Assembly (NCBI GenBank): GCA_036523095.1
Contig: DATDER010000056.1
Location: 1 to 63,700, forward strand
Direction of reading: 5' to 3'
DNA length: 63,700 nt
Source of the DNA: Rubrivivax sp.
GTDB lineage: Bacteria; Pseudomonadota; Gammaproteobacteria; Burkholderiales; Burkholderiaceae_C
Numbering within the stretch: the stretch's first letter is position 1; every line of letters begins with the position of its first letter. The translations under genes were made by a program, and so were the position numbers. Shown here one piece after another: positions 1-12,556 of this stretch. The notes beneath the pieces were generated by a model that saw nothing but the letters and a program-made list of their open reading frames with translations, had not been told where the DNA came from and made no database searches.

Positions 1-333
1 ACCCCACACCGGCTGCGGATAATGCAGATCGTCGGCAAAGCGCGAGATCACGTGCCAGTGCAGATGGGGCGTCATGTTGCCCAGGCTGGCGAGGTTGATC
101 TTGTGAGGTGCCAGCACCTCGCGCTGCGCCATTTCAACCGCGAACACGGTTCTCATTAAACGCATACGCTGATCGTCATCCAGCTCGCTCATCTCGCGCA
201 CGTGATCGTTCCAGATCACGCGCACGTAACCGGGATAGTTCGCCTCGTCGACCAGCACCACGCGCAGCCACTCGTTGGCGAGGACGATCACGCCCCCGTC
301 TCTTTTGCATAACTCGCAGTCGGCAAGCTTCAT
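1..333 (-). CDS. HIT family protein (3' end runs off the window)
   Basis: Not in the ORF track. My translation from ATG 333 gives MKLADCELCKRDGG...KINLASLGNMTPHLHWHVISRF, with an N-terminal CxxC and an HxHxH triad. Confidence 0.85.
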   Translation of the reverse strand, partial: MKLADCELCKRDGGVIVLANEWLRVVLVDEANYPGYVRVIWNDHVREMSELDDDQRMRLMRTVFAVEMAQREVLAPHKINLASLGNMTPHLHWHVISRFADDLHYPQPVWG

Positions 334-335
334 AT

Positions 336-3300
336 CTACACCAGCACGCGTTCGATGCCGCCGTTGTTTGCCTTCGCAACATATTCCGGTAGCCAGTCAG
401 ATCCCAGTAGGTGTCTAGCTATTTCAACAACGATGTAGTCCGCGTCGATATCGGCGTCGTGGTTGTAGCGCTTCAGTCCCTGTAGGCAAGACGGACATGA
501 AGTCAGCACCTTGACTTCGCCGTCGAATCCATCGGCGCGCAGCTTGTCAGCGCCAGCACGGACTTCGCGCTCCTTGCGAAAGCGCACCTGTGTCGCCACG
601 TCGGGCCGCGCCACTGCGAATGTGCCGGATTCGCCGCAGCAGCGATCATTGTTCTCGATGGCGACGTTGTCGACGGTCTTGACCAAAGCGTTGACCGTCT
701 TCAGCGGAGCCTGCAGCTTCATCGGCGTATGACAGGGGTCGTGGTACATGTAGCGCACGCCGGTCACGCCTTCGATGCGAATGTCTTTTTCAAGCAAGTA
801 TTCATGGATGTCGATGATGCGGCAGCCAGGAAAAATGTCCTCGAATTTGTATCCCTGCAACTGGTCAAAGCATGTGCCGCAGCTCACGACCACCGTCTTG
901 ATGTCCAGGTAGTTGAGCGTGTTGGCGACGCGGTGGAAGAGCACCCGGTTGTCGGTGATCATCTTCTCGGCCTTGTCGAACTGGCCCGAGCCGCGCTGCG
1001 GGTAGCCGCAGCAGAGATAGCCGGGCGGCAGCACCGTCTGCACGCCGGCGTGCCACAGCATTGCCTGCGTCGCCAGGCCGACCTCGCTGAAGAGGCGCTC
1101 GCTCCCGCAGCCGGGAAAGTAGAACACCGCCTCGGTGTCGGCGCTGGTGGTTTTCGGGTTGCGGATGATCGGGACGTAGTCCTTGTCCTCGATGTCAAGC
1201 AGCGCACGCGCGGTCTTCTTGGGCAGGCCGCCCGGCATCTTCTTGTTGATGAAATGGATCACCTGCTCGCGTAGCGGCGCAGCGCCCACCGTAGCCGGCG
1301 GCGCGGCGGTCTGCTTTTTCGCCGCCAGGCGCAGCATCTGGTTCGCGAAGCGCTGCACCTTGAAGCCGACGTCGACCATTGCCATGCGCATCAGCTTGAT
1401 CGTCTGCGGGTTGGTCGCGTTGAGGAAGGTCATCGCCACCGCGTTGCCGGGGCGGAAGCTCTTCTTGCCCATCTTGCGCAAGAGGTTGCGCATGTTCATC
1501 GTGACGTCGCCGAAGTCGATCTTGACCGGGCACGGCGAGAGGCACTTGTGGCACACGGTGCAGTGGTCGGCGACGTCCTCGAAGTCTTCCCAGTGCTGCA
1601 CGCTGATGCCGCGCCGCGTCTGCTCTTCGTAGAGGAAAGCCTCGATCAGCAGGCTCGTGGCGAGGATCTTGTTGCGCGGGCTGTAGAGCAGGTTGGCGCG
1701 CGGTACGTGCGTGGCGCACACCGGCTTGCACTTGCCGCAGCGCAGGCAGTCCTTGATGCTGTCGCTGATGGCGCCGATCTCGCTGCGCTGCATGATCAGC
1801 GACTCGTGGCCCATGAGGCCGAAGCTCGGTGTGTACGCCGCGCTCAGGTCGGCCGCCAGATTGCCTTCGAAGCCTCCTCGCAGCAGCTTGCCCTTGTTGA
1901 AGCGGCCTTCCGGGTCGACGCGGGTCTTGTAGTCGGCAAAGGACTTCAGCTCGTCGTCGCTCAGGAATTCGAGCTTCGTGATGCCGATACCGTGTTCGCC
2001 CGAGATCACGCCGTCGAGCCGCCTTGCCAAGGCCATGATGCGTGCGACCACCTCGTGCGCCGTCTGCAGCATGGCGTAGTTATCGCTGTTGACGGGGATG
2101 TTGGTGTGCACGTTGCCGTCACCGGCGTGCATATGCAGGGCGACCCAGACGCGGCCGCGCAAGACCTCCTGGTGGATACGGCGGCACTCGTCGAGGATGG
2201 GGGTGAATGCCGCGCCGGCGAACAGCGACTGCAGCGGTTTGAGGATCTGCGTCTTCCACGACGCGCGCAGGCGCCCGTCCTGCACTTGCGAAAACAAGGT
2301 CTCGCCGGCGTCCTGTTGCGCCACGTCCAGCCGGTCGAGCCAGCCCTGCCACAGCCGGCGCACGTCACGCAGCAGCGCCAGCGCCTGCTGGACCCGGTCC
2401 TCCAGCAGCTCGGCGCTCGGGATCTCGTTCGCGTCGTCGGTCTTGCCAAGCGGCAGCGTGCCGCGGCCGAAGAACGTCTCCAGCGCCTGCACGAGCTCGA
2501 GCTTGTTGCGCAGGCTCAGCTCGATGTTGATGCGCTCGATGCCATCGGTGTACTCGCCCATGCGCGGCAGCGGGATCACCACGTCTTCGTTGATCTTGAA
2601 GGCGTTGGTATGTTTGGCGATCGCCGCGGTGCGCTTGCGGTCGAGCCAGAACTTCTTGCGTGCGTCGGCGCTCACCGCGACAAAACCTTCGCCGTGGCGC
2701 GAGTTGGCGATGCGCACGACCTCGCTCGTGGCGCGCGCCACCGCGTCGGCGTCGTCGCCCACGATGTCGCCCACCAGCACCATCTTGGGCAAGCCGCTGC
2801 CAGCCAGCGCGCGTTTGCTCTTGGTCGCGTAGCCCACCGCCTTCAGGTAGCGGTCGTCCAGGTGTTCCAGGCCGGCAAGTTTCACGTCGCCTTGCGCGAA
2901 CAGGTAGTCCTTGATCTCGACGATGCTCGGCACCGCGTCCTTCGCGTTGCCGAAGAATTCGAGGCACACGGTGCGCACATGCGCCGGCATGCGGTGCACG
3001 ACCCAGCGCGCACTGGTGATCAGCCCGTCGCAGCCTTCCTTCTGGATGCCCGGCAACCCGGCGAGGAACTTGTCGGTGACGTCCTTGCCCAGGCCTTCCT
3101 TGCGGAAGGTGCTGCCGGGGATGTCGAGCCGCTCGGTGCGCTCCAGCTTCTTGCCACTGGCGTCGAAGTACCGGAGCTCGAAGCTCGCCACCGCCACGTC
3201 GTGGATCTTGCCCAGGTTGTGGTTCAGGCGTGTGACCTCGAGCCACTTGGCCTCGGGTGTCACCATCTTCCAGCTCGCCAGGTTGTCCAGCGCGGTGCCC

Positions 3301-4235
3301 CACAGCACCGCCTTCTTGCCGCCCGCGTTCATCGCGACGTTGCCGCCGACGCAGCTCGCCTCGGCCGAAGTCGGGTCGACGGCGAACACATGTCCCGCCC
3401 GCTCCGCCGCATCGGCCACCCGCTGGGTCACGACGCCGGCTTCGCTCCAGACCGTGGCCACCGGTTGTGCCAAGCCCGGCAGCGCGACGAGCTCGACCTC
3501 GCTCATCGCCTCGAGCTTTTCGGTGTTGATGACCGCACTCTTCCACGTCAGCGGCACTGCGCCGCCGGTGTAACCCGTGCCGCCGCCGCGCGGGATGATG
3601 GTCAGGCCGAGCTCGATGCAGCCGCGCACCAGCGCCGCCATCTCGGCCTCGGTGTCGGGGGTCAGCACGACGAAGGGGTATTCGACCCGCCAGTCGGTCG
3701 CGTCGGTCACATGCGAGACGCGGCTCAGGCCGTCGAACTTGAGGTTGTCCTTGGCCGTGTGGCGTCCGAGCACGCGCCGCGCCAGCTTGCGCAGGTCCCA
3801 GACCTCGCGGAAGTGAGCGCCGAAGCGGTCGACAGCGCCGCGCGCGGCGAGCAGCAGTTCGGTCACCAGCGCATCGCGCTGAGGGTCGGCCTGCGGCGTG
3901 CGCCGGCGCTCGACTTCTCCCAGGCGGTGCTGCAGCGCTTCGATCAGCAGTGCGCGCCGCTTCGGGTTGTCGAGCAGGTCGTCTTCGAGGTAGGGGTTGC
4001 GCTGGACGACCCAGATGTCACCCAGCACCTCGTACAACATGCGCGCCGAGCGGCCGGTGCGGCGTTCGCCGCGCAACAGCAGCAGCAACTCCCAGGCGCG
4101 CGCACCGAGCAGGCGCAGCACGATCTCGCGGTCGGAGAACGAGGTGTAGTTGTACGGGATCTCGCGCAGCCGCGGCGCGCTGTCGTCGACCGGGGCCAAC
4201 GCGGCGCTGGCGTGCAGGGATAGGGGTGCGTTCAT
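336..4235 (-). CDS. FAD-linked oxidase / 4Fe-4S / CCG-domain oxidoreductase (GlcD-GlcF-like fusion, DUF3683 type)
   Basis: [14 protein letters not shown] motif, [14 protein letters not shown], two CxxCxxCxxxC motifs and CCG motifs. Start placed at MNAPLS (4235). Confidence 0.9.
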   Translation of the reverse strand: MNAPLSLHASAALAPVDDSAPRLREIPYNYTSFSDREIVLRLLGARAWELLLLLRGERRTGRSARMLYEVLGDIWVVQRNPYLEDDLLDNPKRRALLIEALQHRLGEVERRRTPQADPQRDALVTELLLAARGAVDRFGAHFREVWDLRKLARRVLGRHTAKDNLKFDGLSRVSHVTDATDWRVEYPFVVLTPDTEAEMAALVRGCIELGLTIIPRGGGTGYTGGAVPLTWKSAVINTEKLEAMSEVELVALPGLAQPVATVWSEAGVVTQRVADAAERAGHVFAVDPTSAEASCVGGNVAMNAGGKKAVLWGTALDNLASWKMVTPEAKWLEVTRLNHNLGKIHDVAVASFELRYFDASGKKLERTERLDIPGSTFRKEGLGKDVTDKFLAGLPGIQKEGCDGLITSARWVVHRMPAHVRTVCLEFFGNAKDAVPSIVEIKDYLFAQGDVKLAGLEHLDDRYLKAVGYATKSKRALAGSGLPKMVLVGDIVGDDADAVARATSEVVRIANSRHGEGFVAVSADARKKFWLDRKRTAAIAKHTNAFKINEDVVIPLPRMGEYTDGIERINIELSLRNKLELVQALETFFGRGTLPLGKTDDANEIPSAELLEDRVQQALALLRDVRRLWQGWLDRLDVAQQDAGETLFSQVQDGRLRASWKTQILKPLQSLFAGAAFTPILDECRRIHQEVLRGRVWVALHMHAGDGNVHTNIPVNSDNYAMLQTAHEVVARIMALARRLDGVISGEHGIGITKLEFLSDDELKSFADYKTRVDPEGRFNKGKLLRGGFEGNLAADLSAAYTPSFGLMGHESLIMQRSEIGAISDSIKDCLRCGKCKPVCATHVPRANLLYSPRNKILATSLLIEAFLYEEQTRRGISVQHWEDFEDVADHCTVCHKCLSPCPVKIDFGDVTMNMRNLLRKMGKKSFRPGNAVAMTFLNATNPQTIKLMRMAMVDVGFKVQRFANQMLRLAAKKQTAAPPATVGAAPLREQVIHFINKKMPGGLPKKTARALLDIEDKDYVPIIRNPKTTSADTEAVFYFPGCGSERLFSEVGLATQAMLWHAGVQTVLPPGYLCCGYPQRGSGQFDKAEKMITDNRVLFHRVANTLNYLDIKTVVVSCGTCFDQLQGYKFEDIFPGCRIIDIHEYLLEKDIRIEGVTGVRYMYHDPCHTPMKLQAPLKTVNALVKTVDNVAIENNDRCCGESGTFAVARPDVATQVRFRKEREVRAGADKLRADGFDGEVKVLTSCPSCLQGLKRYNHDADIDADYIVVEIARHLLGSDWLPEYVAKANNGGIERVLV

Positions 4236-4362
4236 GAAGTCCGGACGGGCACCGTGGCGCGGCCGCGGAAGCACTTGAGGTCGAATCGTACCGCAGCGCA
4301 GCAAAGCGACACCTTTGCTGCGCTGCGGCGGGTAATCCCCGTTGCCCTGGACAGGCCATCCG

Positions 4363-4383
4363 TGACAGAAACGCGGCTGTCAT
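4363..4383. promoter_or_regulatory. TGACAG-N8-CTGTCA inverted repeat containing a Pho-box half-site (CTGTCAT), upstream of ugpB
   Basis: The sequence is seen directly. ugp operons are PhoB-regulated in E. coli, but a clean second direct-repeat half-site is missing. Confidence 0.35.
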
Positions 4384-4434
4384 CTAGCGGCATCAAACTG
4401 CCCGATTCCAGTCACTAAGTTTCACGGAGATTTC

Positions 4435-5748
4435 ATGAAAATCAAACACGCGCTGCTCGCCGCAGCGACCCTGTCTACCCTGATGGCGCTGCCCGCCCAG
4501 GCGCAGATTGAAATCCAATGGTGGCACTCGATGACCGCGGTCAACAACGAGTGGGTCAATGACCTCGCAAAGGACTTCAACGCGAGCCAGAAGGACTACA
4601 AGATCGTGCCCACCTACAAGGGCTCCTACGACGTGTCGTTCACCGCCGCGGTGGCCGCCTTCCGCGCCGGCCAGGCGCCGCACATCCTGCAGGTGTTCGA
4701 GGTCGGCACCGCGACCATGATGGCGAGCAAGGGTGTCACCGTGCCGGTGGGGAAGGTGATGACGGACGCCGGCTTCAAGTTCGACCCGTCCGCCTACATC
4801 CCGGCCGTGGCCGGCTACTACACGGCGCCAAGTGGCCAGATGCTGAGCTTCCCGCTCAACAGCTCGACGACGGTGTTCTACATCAACAAGGACGCCTTCA
4901 AGGCTGCCGGCATCGATACCAGCAAGCCGCCCGGCACCTGGCCTGAAGTCGCCTTGGCCGCGGCCAAGTTGAAGGCGAGCGGCCACAAGTGCCCGCTCAC
5001 GATCGCGTGGCAGGGCTGGACCCAGCTCGAGAGCTTCTCGACCTGGCACAACGTCGAGATGGCGACCAAGGGCAACGGCTTGAAGGGCATGGACGCGCGG
5101 CTGGTCCTCAACTCGCCGCTGCACGTGCGCCACATCGACAACCTGGCCAACATGGCTAAGCAGGGCCTGTTCATCTACAAGGGCCGTGGCAACACACCGG
5201 AAGCCAGCTTCGCCTCGGGCGAATGCGCCATGATCACCACGTCATCCGGTTTCTACGGCAACGTGAAGAAAAACGCCAAGTTCGACTTCACGCTCGCCCC
5301 GCTGCCCTACTACCCCGACGTCGCCGGCGCGCCGCAGAACACCGTCATCGGCGGCGCCAGCCTGTGGGTCATGTCGGGCAAGAAGCCGGCCGAGTACAAA
5401 GGCATCGCGACCTTCTTCAACTACCTGTCGAGCCCCGAAGTGCAGTCGGCGAGCCACAAGCGCACCGGCTACCTGCCGATCACCAACGCCGCGTTTGCAC
5501 TCACGGAGAAGTCTGGCTTCTACAAGGAGAACCCGGGCACCGACGTCGCACCGACGCAGATGGTGCGCAAGGTGACCGACAAGTCGCGCGGCATCCGCCT
5601 GGGCAACTACGTGCAGATCCGCACGATCGAGGACGAAGAGCTCGAGAACGTCTGGAGCGGCAAGAAGTCGGCAAAAGAAGGGCTGGATTCGGTGGTCGCG
5701 CGCGGCAACGAGTTGCTCGAACGATTCGAGAAGGCCAACAAGAACTGA
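4435..5748 (+). CDS. ugpB: sn-glycerol-3-phosphate ABC transporter substrate-binding protein
   Basis: Signal peptide, EIQWWHSM, PHILQVFEVGTATMM, QNTVIGGASLWV; operon context. Confidence 0.95.
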   Translation: MKIKHALLAAATLSTLMALPAQAQIEIQWWHSMTAVNNEWVNDLAKDFNASQKDYKIVPTYKGSYDVSFTAAVAAFRAGQAPHILQVFEVGTATMMASKGVTVPVGKVMTDAGFKFDPSAYIPAVAGYYTAPSGQMLSFPLNSSTTVFYINKDAFKAAGIDTSKPPGTWPEVALAAAKLKASGHKCPLTIAWQGWTQLESFSTWHNVEMATKGNGLKGMDARLVLNSPLHVRHIDNLANMAKQGLFIYKGRGNTPEASFASGECAMITTSSGFYGNVKKNAKFDFTLAPLPYYPDVAGAPQNTVIGGASLWVMSGKKPAEYKGIATFFNYLSSPEVQSASHKRTGYLPITNAAFALTEKSGFYKENPGTDVAPTQMVRKVTDKSRGIRLGNYVQIRTIEDEELENVWSGKKSAKEGLDSVVARGNELLERFEKANKN

Positions 5749-5792
5749 AGCCCCTGCTCGCCTTGCGGTCGCAGTGACGGCACCTCTCCCCA

Positions 5793-5817
5793 ACCCTCCG
5801 CGCCGTGCGCGGAGGGT
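5793..5817. repeat. REP-like 11-bp stem-loop between ugpB and ugpA
   Basis: ACCCTCCGCGC-cgt-GCGCGGAGGGT is a perfect inverted repeat, preceded by CCTCTCCCCA. Confidence 0.6.
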
Positions 5818-5837
5818 CTAGCGGAATCGGCGAACTC

Positions 5838-6725
5838 TTGGCTGCAGAAAAACGCGTCACCTTCCGGTCCCCCTGGCTGCCTTGGGCGTTGCTCGCGCCC
5901 CAGGTGATCGTGATCGCCATCTTCTTCTTCTGGCCGGCCGGCCAGGCGCTGGTGCAATCGTTGCAGCAGTCCGACGCTTTCGGCACCTCTGTCGAGTGGG
6001 TCGGGCTCGACAACTTCCGCAACCTCTGGAACGACGAGACCTACCTCGCGTCGTTCTCCACCACCGCGGTGTTCTCGGTCTTGGTTACGGCGCTCGGACT
6101 GTCGCTGTCGCTGATGCTGGCGGTGTTTGCCGACCGTGTCGTCAAGGGCTCCGCCTTCTACCGCACGCTCCTGATATGGCCGTATGCCGTCGCGCCCGCG
6201 GTCGCGGGCGTGTTGTGGCTCTTCATGTTCGCCCCCAGTGTCGGTATCGTGTCCTATGTGCTGCGCGAGCACGGTTTCGAGTGGAACCACCTGCTCAACG
6301 GCAACCACGCGATGGCGCTCATCGTGATGGCCGCGGTCTGGAACCACATCGCCTACAACTTTCTCTTCTTCCTCGCCGGCCTGCAGTCGATCCCGAAGTC
6401 GCTGATCGAAGCCGCGGCGATCGACGGTGCCACGCCGTGGCGGCGCTTCTGGACGATCCAGTTCCCGCTGCTGTCGCCGACGACCTTCTTCCTGCTCGTG
6501 ATCAACGTCGTCTATGTCTTCCTGTATACCTTCGCGATCGTCGACGCCGCCACCTCGGGCGGGCCGGGCAAGGACACCGCGATCCTGGTCTACAAGCTCT
6601 ATTACGACGCCTTCAAGGCGATGGACCTGGGCGCGTCGGCGGCGCAGTCGGTGGTGCTGATGTTCATCGTCGTGATCTTCACAGTGATCCAGTTCCGCTT
6701 CGTCGAGAAGAAAGTGAACTACTGA
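5838..6725 (+). CDS. ugpA: G3P ABC transporter permease
   Basis: EKRVTF..., EAAAIDGA (EAA loop), ends VEKKVNY. TTG start at 5838 is estimated. Confidence 0.92.
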   Translation: MAAEKRVTFRSPWLPWALLAPQVIVIAIFFFWPAGQALVQSLQQSDAFGTSVEWVGLDNFRNLWNDETYLASFSTTAVFSVLVTALGLSLSLMLAVFADRVVKGSAFYRTLLIWPYAVAPAVAGVLWLFMFAPSVGIVSYVLREHGFEWNHLLNGNHAMALIVMAAVWNHIAYNFLFFLAGLQSIPKSLIEAAAIDGATPWRRFWTIQFPLLSPTTFFLLVINVVYVFLYTFAIVDAATSGGPGKDTAILVYKLYYDAFKAMDLGASAAQSVVLMFIVVIFTVIQFRFVEKKVNY

Positions 6726-7576
6726 TGGTCGAGCGTCGCCCCGTACTGGACATCCTCGCGCACGTGGTGCTGATCCTGGGCGTGCTGATCATCGCGCTGC
6801 CGGTCTACATCACCTTCGTCGCGTCGACCCACGCCAACGACGCCATCATCCACCCGCCGATGCCGCTCTGGCCCGGCTCGCACATGATCGAGAACTACAC
6901 CGCCGTGCTCGGCGGCACACAGGAAGGCGGCGGCTCCAAGGCATCGGTCGGCCGCATGATGACCGTGAGCCTGGTCACCGCGCTGGTGATCGCGATCGGC
7001 AAGATCGCGATCTCGCTGCTGTCGGCCTTTGCCATCGTCTACTTCCGCTTCCCGTTCCGGATGTTCTTCTTCTGGGCGATCTTCGTGACGCTGATGCTGC
7101 CGGTGGAGGTGCGCATCGCGCCGACCTACAAAGTGGTGTCCGACCTCGGGATGTTGAACACCTACGCCGGCCTGACGGTGCCGCTGATCGCGTCGGCCAC
7201 GGCCACCTTCCTCTTCCGCCAGTTCTTCCTCACCGTGCCCGAGGAGCTGACCGAGGCCTCGCGCATGGACGGCGCGGGCCCGCTGCGATTCTTCTGGGAC
7301 GTGCTGGTGCCGCTGTCGCGCACCAGCATCGCGGCGCTCTTCGTGATCCAGTTCATCTACGGCTGGAACCAGTACCTCTGGCCCTTGCTCGCGACCACGA
7401 GCGAGGACATGTACCCGGTGGTGATCGGCATCAAACGCATGATCTCCGGCGGCGACGCACAAACCGAATGGGGCGCCGTGATGGCCACCGCGATGCTGGC
7501 GATGCTGCCACCCGCGCTGGTGGTACTGCTGATGCAGCGCTGGTTCATCAAGGGCCTGGTCGATACCGAAAAATAA
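6725..7576 (+). CDS. ugpE: G3P ABC transporter permease
   Basis: MVERRP start overlaps the ugpA stop (TGATG); EASRMDGAGP; ends GLVDTEK. Confidence 0.92.
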   Translation: MVERRPVLDILAHVVLILGVLIIALPVYITFVASTHANDAIIHPPMPLWPGSHMIENYTAVLGGTQEGGGSKASVGRMMTVSLVTALVIAIGKIAISLLSAFAIVYFRFPFRMFFFWAIFVTLMLPVEVRIAPTYKVVSDLGMLNTYAGLTVPLIASATATFLFRQFFLTVPEELTEASRMDGAGPLRFFWDVLVPLSRTSIAALFVIQFIYGWNQYLWPLLATTSEDMYPVVIGIKRMISGGDAQTEWGAVMATAMLAMLPPALVVLLMQRWFIKGLVDTEK

Positions 7577-7585
7577 GGGTACGGG

Positions 7586-8643
<1,058 letters not shown>

Positions 8644-8647
<4 letters not shown>

Positions 8648-9423
8648 CCGCCCCCGGCCCGCCGGACACGGCCTGGCCCTACCCGCTCTGGATCGCCCAC
8701 CGCGGCGCGGGCAAGCTGGCGCCCGAAAACACGCTGGCCGCCTTCCGCGAGGGGGCCCGCCACGGCTACCGCGCCTTCGAGTGCGACGCCAAGCTGAGCG
8801 CCGACGGCGTGCCCTTCCTGCTCCACGACACCACGCTGGAGCGGACGACGGTGGGGCACGGGGTCGCGGGCGAGCTCACATGGGCCGAACTGGCACGCAC
8901 CGACGCCGGCAGCTGGCACAGCCGCAACTACGCTGGCGAGCCGATCCCGAGCCTGGCCGCGGTCGCGGCTTATGTGATCCGAAACGGCTTCGCACTCAAC
9001 ATCGAGATCAAACCCACGCCGGGGCAGGAACACCAGACGGGCGCGGTGGTGGCGCGCGAAGCGGCGCGGCTGTGGGCGGGCGTTAGCGCATCACCACCCC
9101 CGCTGCTGAGTTCTTTCCAGACTGAGTCGCTGGCCGGCGCGCGCGACAGCGCACCCGCCCTGCCCCGCGCACTGCTGCTCGACACGCTGCGCAGCGGCTG
9201 GTTCGAAGCGGCACGAACACTCGGCTGCGTCGCCGTGGTCACGAACTACAACGTGATGAGCGCCGAGGTGCTGAGTCAACTCCACGGTGCCGGAATGCGT
9301 GCGCTGGTCTACACCGTGAACGACGCCGCGCCGGCGGCCTGGCTGCGCGCGCTGGGGGTCGACGGCATCATTACCGACGGCGTCGAGCGATTCTCCGCGC
9401 ACGAATCCAGCATCGTCGATTAA
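8644..9423 (+). CDS. ugpQ: glycerophosphodiester phosphodiesterase
   Basis: [29 protein letters not shown]. Confidence 0.93.
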
Positions 9424-9438
9424 GTCCCGCGGGCTCGG

Positions 9439-10731
9439 TCAAGCCGCCTCGGCGGGGACCGGCAACTCGAGCAGGTTGCGCAACAAGGCGTGTCGCCACG
9501 CCACTGCCGCGAGCACCAGCGCACCGACACCGGCAAACGCCAGCGACGCACGCAGACCGGCGTGCTCGCCGAGCCAGCCGCCGAGCAGCGCACCCGGTCC
9601 GGCTGGCAGCAGGATCAGCCAACGCATCGTGCTCGTCATGCGGCCGAGCAAGGGTGCGGGTGTCGCCGCCTGGCGCAAGGCCAGGAAGTTGATGAAGAGC
9701 AGCACGGCACCGAAGCCGAAACACAGCAGCATCAGCGCAAAGACGAAGACGCCGAAGGCATTCGTCGGCGCCAGGCTGCACGCGAGCCAACCGACGCCGC
9801 TGACGGCCAACCCGAGCACCAGGCAAGGGCCGGGGCCGAAACGCGCCGACAGGCGCCGACCGAACACGCTGGCCGTGACCGTGCCCACGCCCATGCCGAC
9901 AAAGCTCAGGCCGACGTCCGATTCGCTCAGGCCCAGCGTCCGGGTGGCAAAAAGGATCTGCACCACCACCGCAGCGTGATGGCACATCTGCCAAAGCCCC
10001 ATGGTGACGGCCAAGGCCACGAGCAACGGCGTGCCGCGCACAAAGCGCACGCCCGCTCTCAACTCGGGCCAGAAGCGGGCACCGGCTGACACCACCAGAC
10101 GCTCGTGGACTCGAAGCCCGCGCAACACCGCCACCGACAACAGCAACATCGCGGCGTCGACCAGCAGCGCCACCGGTGCGCCGACGGCCTTGATCAGCAC
10201 GCCGGCCAATGCGGGGCCCACAACTTCGGCGCCCGAGCTGGCGAGCGCGTTCTTCGCGTGCGCTTCGACGAGCCGCTCGCGCGGAACCACTTGGGTCAAG
10301 ACGATCTGCGCCGCCGCCCCGGCCACGACATTGACGCCGCCGAGCACGAAGCCGACCGCATACAGCCAGCGCATGTCGAGCCAACCGAGCCACCACGCCA
10401 GCGGCACGCTCGCCAGCGCCACGACCAGCACCGACTCGCCCGCGATGTAGACAGGCAGCTTGCGCACACGGTCAAGCCACACACCCACCGGCAGCGAAAG
10501 CACGACGAAGGGCAGCAGCTCCGCGGCGGTGAGCAGGCCCATCTGCGTGGGTGTGGCGTGCAGGAGGACCGCCGCCGTCAGCGGCAGCGCCAACATGCTG
10601 ACCTGCCCGCCGAGCGTGCTGATCAGGATCGACGTGAACAGGCGGCGGTAGGTGGCGTCGCGCAGCAGGTCGTGCGCCGGCAGCGCCAAGCGCTCGTGCA
10701 GCCGCTGCAACCAGAGCGGTGTCTCGTTCAT
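9439..10731 (-). CDS. MFS transporter (DHA3/EntS-like)
   Basis: About 12 hydrophobic segments, GVWLDRVRK motif-A variant, RQAATPAPLLGRM. Confidence 0.85.
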   Translation of the reverse strand: MNETPLWLQRLHERLALPAHDLLRDATYRRLFTSILISTLGGQVSMLALPLTAAVLLHATPTQMGLLTAAELLPFVVLSLPVGVWLDRVRKLPVYIAGESVLVVALASVPLAWWLGWLDMRWLYAVGFVLGGVNVVAGAAAQIVLTQVVPRERLVEAHAKNALASSGAEVVGPALAGVLIKAVGAPVALLVDAAMLLLSVAVLRGLRVHERLVVSAGARFWPELRAGVRFVRGTPLLVALAVTMGLWQMCHHAAVVVQILFATRTLGLSESDVGLSFVGMGVGTVTASVFGRRLSARFGPGPCLVLGLAVSGVGWLACSLAPTNAFGVFVFALMLLCFGFGAVLLFINFLALRQAATPAPLLGRMTSTMRWLILLPAGPGALLGGWLGEHAGLRASLAFAGVGALVLAAVAWRHALLRNLLELPVPAEAA

Positions 10732-10819
10732 CTTCTTGTCGTCTCCGTCGCCGCCGGCCTTCGCGAGGCCAACGGCCGTGCGGGCCGGTTCCAGCCCTGG
10801 TGCTGCAGGCGTCTGGCCG

Positions 10820-12049
10820 TCAGCTGCGGTAGTCGGCGTTGATGCTGACGTAATCGTGCGACAGGTCGCAGGTCCACACGCTGCTCTGCGCGGCACCGCG
10901 GTGCAGGTTCACACGCACCGTGATCTCGGCCTGCTTCATGACACGCTGGCCATCGGCTTCCTGGTACGCCGGGTGGCGGCCTCCCTGGTGCGCCACATGC
11001 ACGTCGTCGAGGTGGAGGTCGATCAGCGACTGATCGAGGTCGTCGATCCCGGCGTAGCCGACGGCAGCGAGGATGCGGCCGAGGTTCGGGTCGCTCGCGA
11101 AGAAGGCGGTCTTGACGAGCGGCGAGTGCGCGATGGCGTAGGCCACGCGCCGGCATTCGGCCTCGTCGCGCCCGCCCTGCACCTGCACGGTGATGAACTT
11201 CGTCGCCCCTTCGCCGTCGCGCACGATGGCCTGCGCGAGCTCGCGTGCCACGTCGAACACGGCCTCCTGCAACGCCGCGCCTTCGGGCGATGCGAGCGAC
11301 GTGATCGGCGCATGCCCGGCACGTTGGGTGGCGACAAGGATGAAGGAGTCGTTGGTCGAGGTGTCGCCGTCGATCGTGATCCGGTTGAAGCTCTCGTCGG
11401 CCGCCGCGCGTGTCAGTTCGGCCAGCAGGCCGGGGGCGATCACGGCGTCGGTGGCCATGAAACCCAGCATCGTGGCCATGTTGGGCCGGATCATGCCGGC
11501 GCCTTTGGCGATCCCGGTCACGCTGACCGAATGGCCGCCGATCTGCCGCCGGCGCGACGCCGCCTTGGGCAGCGTGTCGGTGGTCATGATGCCTTCGGCG
11601 GCGCGGCTCCAGTGGCCGGGCGCCAAGTCGGCGAGCGCCGCCGGCAGGCCGGCCACGACACGCTCGACCGGCAGCGTCTCCATGATCACACCGGTGGAAA
11701 AGGGCAGCACCTGCTGCGGTGCGAGGCCCAATTGCGTCGCGAGCGCGGCGCAACTCTGGCGGGCACGGGCCAGGCCGTCGGCGCCGGTGCCGGCATTGGC
11801 GTTGCCGGTGTTGACGAGCAAGGCGCGGATGTCGCCGCCCGCCGCCAGGTGCTCGCGGCACAGTTGCACCGGCGCAGCGCAGAAGCGGTTCTGCGTGAAG
11901 ACGGCGCCCACCGCAGCGCCGGGCTCGAGCGCGAACACGACCAGGTCCTTGCGCCCGGGCTTGCGGATCCCTGCCATCGCAACGCCGATGCGCACGCCCG
12001 CGACGGGGTGCAGTGCGGCTGGGTCGGGCGTTTGCAGATTTACGGGCAT
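10820..12049 (-). CDS. argJ: bifunctional ornithine acetyltransferase / N-acetylglutamate synthase
   Basis: [38 protein letters not shown], ends INADYRS. Confidence 0.96.
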   Translation of the reverse strand: MPVNLQTPDPAALHPVAGVRIGVAMAGIRKPGRKDLVVFALEPGAAVGAVFTQNRFCAAPVQLCREHLAAGGDIRALLVNTGNANAGTGADGLARARQSCAALATQLGLAPQQVLPFSTGVIMETLPVERVVAGLPAALADLAPGHWSRAAEGIMTTDTLPKAASRRRQIGGHSVSVTGIAKGAGMIRPNMATMLGFMATDAVIAPGLLAELTRAAADESFNRITIDGDTSTNDSFILVATQRAGHAPITSLASPEGAALQEAVFDVARELAQAIVRDGEGATKFITVQVQGGRDEAECRRVAYAIAHSPLVKTAFFASDPNLGRILAAVGYAGIDDLDQSLIDLHLDDVHVAHQGGRHPAYQEADGQRVMKQAEITVRVNLHRGAAQSSVWTCDLSHDYVSINADYRS

Positions 12050-12121
12050 GGTGGTTTTCCGGTCGGCGTGGGGCGTCGATTGTAGGAAGTCGGGGCCAGG
12101 ACCCTGCGGCACGATGGCAAG

Positions 12122-12553
12122 ATGCGACGCATGCCTGCAACCGAGAAAATCCGCCGATCTCACTGCATCGTCGGTTGCGCTGCGCTATGGCTGTTGGTGG
12201 GGTGCACCAGCGCTGACAACACGGCCTACGCGGCCGCGGATCCATTGGCCGCGGTTCGCGCACTCATCGGCGACGCGGCGTGCAGCACGGATGCGCATTG
12301 CGCCACGATCGCCGTGGGTGCCAAGGCCTGCGGCGGGCCCGAGGCCTACCTCGCCTGGTCGACCGAGCGCAGCGATGGCCGGCAGCTCGAAGCGGCTGCC
12401 GCCACCTACAACGCGAGCCGGCTGGAGACGGTGGTACGCGGTGGGCGCGTGTCGAACTGCGCCTTGACCATCGACCCCGGTGCGTGGTGTGCGCCCGTCG
12501 CCGCCGGCCGCGCCTGCCAGTTGCAGCGAACCGGCTCGAGCCCGCTGCGGTGA
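12122..12553 (+). CDS. Cys-rich putative lipoprotein
   Basis: Lipobox-like LLVGC and CSTDAHC...GAKACGGP...SNC...C...C. Fills the intergenic gap; start uncertain. Confidence 0.65.
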   Translation: MRRMPATEKIRRSHCIVGCAALWLLVGCTSADNTAYAAADPLAAVRALIGDAACSTDAHCATIAVGAKACGGPEAYLAWSTERSDGRQLEAAAATYNASRLETVVRGGRVSNCALTIDPGAWCAPVAAGRACQLQRTGSSPLR

Positions 12554-12556
12554 TCG

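Noticed and set aside
1548-4223. 891-aa plus-strand ORF, and similar long antisense ORFs (13923-15530, 19101-20696, 43900-46584, 51044-53119, 55696-57516)
   Set aside because: These are antisense shadows of well-supported genes, expected in high-GC3 DNA, and show no recognisable motifs.
5882-7576. Apparent long N-terminal extensions or fusions (ugpE 564 aa, sspB 392 aa, mscL 413 aa, CusF 478 aa, patatin 645 aa)
   Set aside because: The extensions are stop-free overlaps with neighbouring genes. Family-typical starts lie downstream.
12081-12087. Recurrent ATTGTAGG (about 12080, 17182, 34921) as a novel regulator site
   Set aside because: Each is the reverse complement of a TACAAT sigma70 -10 for argJ, tRNA-Thr and argB.
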